This document shows positions 21,107-23,543 of a stretch of 23,543 nucleotides of DNA, one piece after another. Both the position numbers and the translations under genes were made by a program. The notes beneath the pieces were generated by a model. That model did no database searches. It had not been told where the DNA came from and saw nothing but the letters and a program-made list of their open reading frames with translations. The stretch is from Octopus sinensis (taxonomy: Eukaryota), in NCBI RefSeq assembly GCF_006345805.1, contig NW_021836564.1, positions 1 to 23,543 of the forward strand, given 5' to 3'. Numbering within the stretch: position 1 is the stretch's first letter; every line of letters starts with the position of its first letter.

Positions 21107-21374
21107 CAAAGTAACGTTAAGACCAAAGGGTCAAGGTGTAGGAAAATAGTAAGCTTTGAGAAGTCCGTAGAATGTGTAAAAAACAACTAACAGAAGCAAT
21201 AGTGATTTATTGACGGAGAAGGTCGCACGTTTTTCCAGTATCGAAATACAATAAGCTGAAAAAGTGTTTTATAGATTACGATTACGGTTGCCAATTTCTT
21301 TCATGTATATTTTCCCCATTATGAAACGTGATCAGATATACGTATATAATAGATGGTCTCAAACAAATGACTGT

Positions 21375-21522
21375 ATATATATAGATATATATATAATATA
21401 TATTTATATGTGTGTGTATGTGTGAGTGTGAGTGATTGAGTGCGTGTGTGTGTGTATGTGTTGTGTGTATGCGTGAGTGAGTGAGTGTGTGTGTATATAT
21501 ATATGTGCACATATATATACTT

Positions 21523-21572
<50 letters not shown>

Positions 21573-21647
21573 TATATATACACATATATATATGTATATT
21601 TTTATGTATATATATATATACATTATTATATATTGTATATTTTTATG

Positions 21648-21679
<32 letters not shown>

Positions 21680-21760
21680 TAATAATAATATGTATGAATT
21701 TTTATGTATATATATATATATATATATGTGTGTATGTATATATTTGTATATGTGTGTGTA
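21375..21760. repeat. Compound TA/TG/TGAG microsatellite region
   Basis: Directly visible. Confidence 0.92.
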
Positions 21761-23067
21761 TGTGTTCGAGATCATCGGCACATATATGCATAACCGATTA
21801 TGCTGCATAATGGAGAAAATAAACATGAAATAAATTGATATATGGTTGTGTATGACATATATGTTTTAATATATATATAACTATTGGAAATAATTAAATT
21901 GTATCGTCATTCATTTCCCTGGATACATCTCTCTCCAGCTGAAGGAAGCCTTCCCTCGTTTCCACTCGGGATCGTCACATTTGATGCTGGTCTTTCTTAC
22001 AAGATTTAGCGAAGATGCTTCTATCTTAGGCACCTAGGTGGAATTGGAACTCAGAACGCAAATACACGGAGTAAAACACTGCTAATCTACCATCCTGAAT
22101 TGATACATTTTGTCGAGCCCAAAAGTGATGGAAGGCAAACTTGACTACGGCAGCACTCGATCTTATTATGCAGAGAATCAGAACAAGTTCCGACATTTAA
22201 TTCGTCGTTCCAAAGACTTTACCAATACACCTCTTCAACAGCAGTGAGCGTTCATGTGTGCGTGCGTGTGTGCGCGTGTGTGTTTGTGCGCAAACATATT
22301 TCATATAGAATGACAGTGAAAACAAGATATCTTACATCGAATCAAGCTCCAGATCTGTAAAAAAATAGCCATTTATACTCATTAAGTTGCGGTGTATATT
22401 TTATACACTCGATCAAGATTTGAACTCAGGTTGAATAAGCTACTCTTGGCAGTTATGCCACTTCATGTCTGAGTGTCAAAGTTAATAAATATAATAATTA
22501 CAAGGTGGGAATTGAAGTAATTCTAAACATAGCTGAGACGTCTTTGATGGCAAATAATAAATAAAACCTGAAAATGCTCCCAACGGTATTTTAACTCTAG
22601 TTAAAAGTTAGTCACTTTCGTTTACAACTCACACAGGATATAAAATATAACAATAAATATATATAAGGAAGTTATATGAAGAACGGTGAAGGTTGAAATG
22701 TTAGAGTTGGTTCCTTTTATTACAACACTCTTTCGACAGCGAATCAAAGTCAGTAATATGTAAGATATGGCAGCAGAAAGTTTGGTCTTAAAATTCTGAT
22801 ACTCATCAGTAAACGTTTTGAAGTATTCTTCGAATATTCTATAAACCACTACTAGCAACCTTTATGCCTTACTAGTTAACATTTTCGGTTTCTTACTGAG
22901 TTCTAAGACAAATAATGACACCTAACAGCTTCGAGTTTGAAATGGTAAATGCTTTGGGAAAAGTTCAACACAGAGATGTATTATAAGAAAAGTGAAAAGC
23001 AGGTTTCTTTTGGTTGGGGAAACAAAAGATTGGGCGATGCATAAGTAAAAGTGGCTGGTCTGCTTTT

Positions 23068-23105
23068 AGGCGCAGTAGTGGCTGTGTGGTAAGTAGCTTG
23101 CTTAC
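23068..23105 (+). mobile_element. SINE family A head only, abruptly truncated
   Basis: AGGCGCAGTAGTGGCTGTGTGGTAAGTAGCTTGCTTAC, followed by unrelated sequence. Confidence 0.7.
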
Positions 23106-23543
23106 GCATGCGTTGGTTAGTTGCTTCCAAATTTAAATACTGTCAAGACGTGCTTTTGTAGTCGCCCTGAATTGAAGAAATTGAAGGCGCGACTGTAAGG
23201 TAGGCATCTGTTTTTTGGGGGGCGGGGGACAGTGGGGTTTTGTTCTTTGATATTGTTTTTTTTTTTTACGAAGAAGAAATCCTCACTGGGCCCGGACATT
23301 TGCCTGCTTGCAGTCGCGCTAAGTGAGTCACTTAGCTGTGAGATTTGTTCTTTGGGGGCGGATCTGGCCTTCGAAAAATTGCGGAATCTTTGAAAATTCG
23401 ACCAATTTGTGGAGAATTTTTTGTGTTCCTGCTGCTGATGCTGTGACCTGGAGAACCTGTGTGGAGTACCATTTTTTTAGAATACCTGTGGGCCAGGATT
23501 ACCGAGTGGCCGGAACTGTGTTGCCGTAACTTGAATGGTTTTC

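Noticed and set aside
22803-22809. CTGATGA (minus strand); also CTGATGA at 5996 and 12118 and CTGACGA at 2576
   Set aside because: No convincing stem II, GAAA, NUH and stem I arrangement follows; the 12118 hit lies inside the hAT transposase.
22622-22858. 78-aa minus-strand ORF (IFEEYFKTFTDEYQNFKTKL…)
   Set aside because: No recognisable domain and weak splice context; consistent with chance in AT-rich DNA.

Overview
AT-rich, repeat-saturated eukaryotic non-coding DNA (intronic or intergenic). The microsatellite density and tRNA-derived SINE families resemble an octopod cephalopod genome; this is inferred from recalled repeat families, not from a search. No intact protein-coding gene can be supported, and almost every ORF in the supplied track is a microsatellite translation (YIYI, CVCV, HTHT, LSIY). 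The window contains: (i) decayed Penelope-like element (PLE) coding remnants on the minus strand, a GIY-YIG endonuclease at 232-598 and an RT thumb region at 3611-3880; (ii) a 3.75-kb decayed Buster/Charlie-type hAT transposon with both ends and a 7/8 TSD (10952-14701), a Tip100-like hAT remnant and a 624-bp internally deleted Chapaev-like element; (iii) about 11 tRNA-derived SINE copies or fragments with shuffled heads and tails; (iv) a 34-bp minisatellite and many microsatellites. The most interesting signal is a set of short modules sitting in (TA)n tracts that carry minimal type-I hammerhead ribozyme (HHR) folds with palindromic stem III. One is fully canonical (14012-14054). One lies in a 350-nt retrozyme-like tandem unit with a fold-back (19829-20258). 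Two module types have non-canonical cores in which the 3-8 core pair appears swapped to G3-C8 (1552-1600, 1646-1692) or A3-U8 (20744-20779). All folds and translations were done by eye, and no activity is demonstrated.
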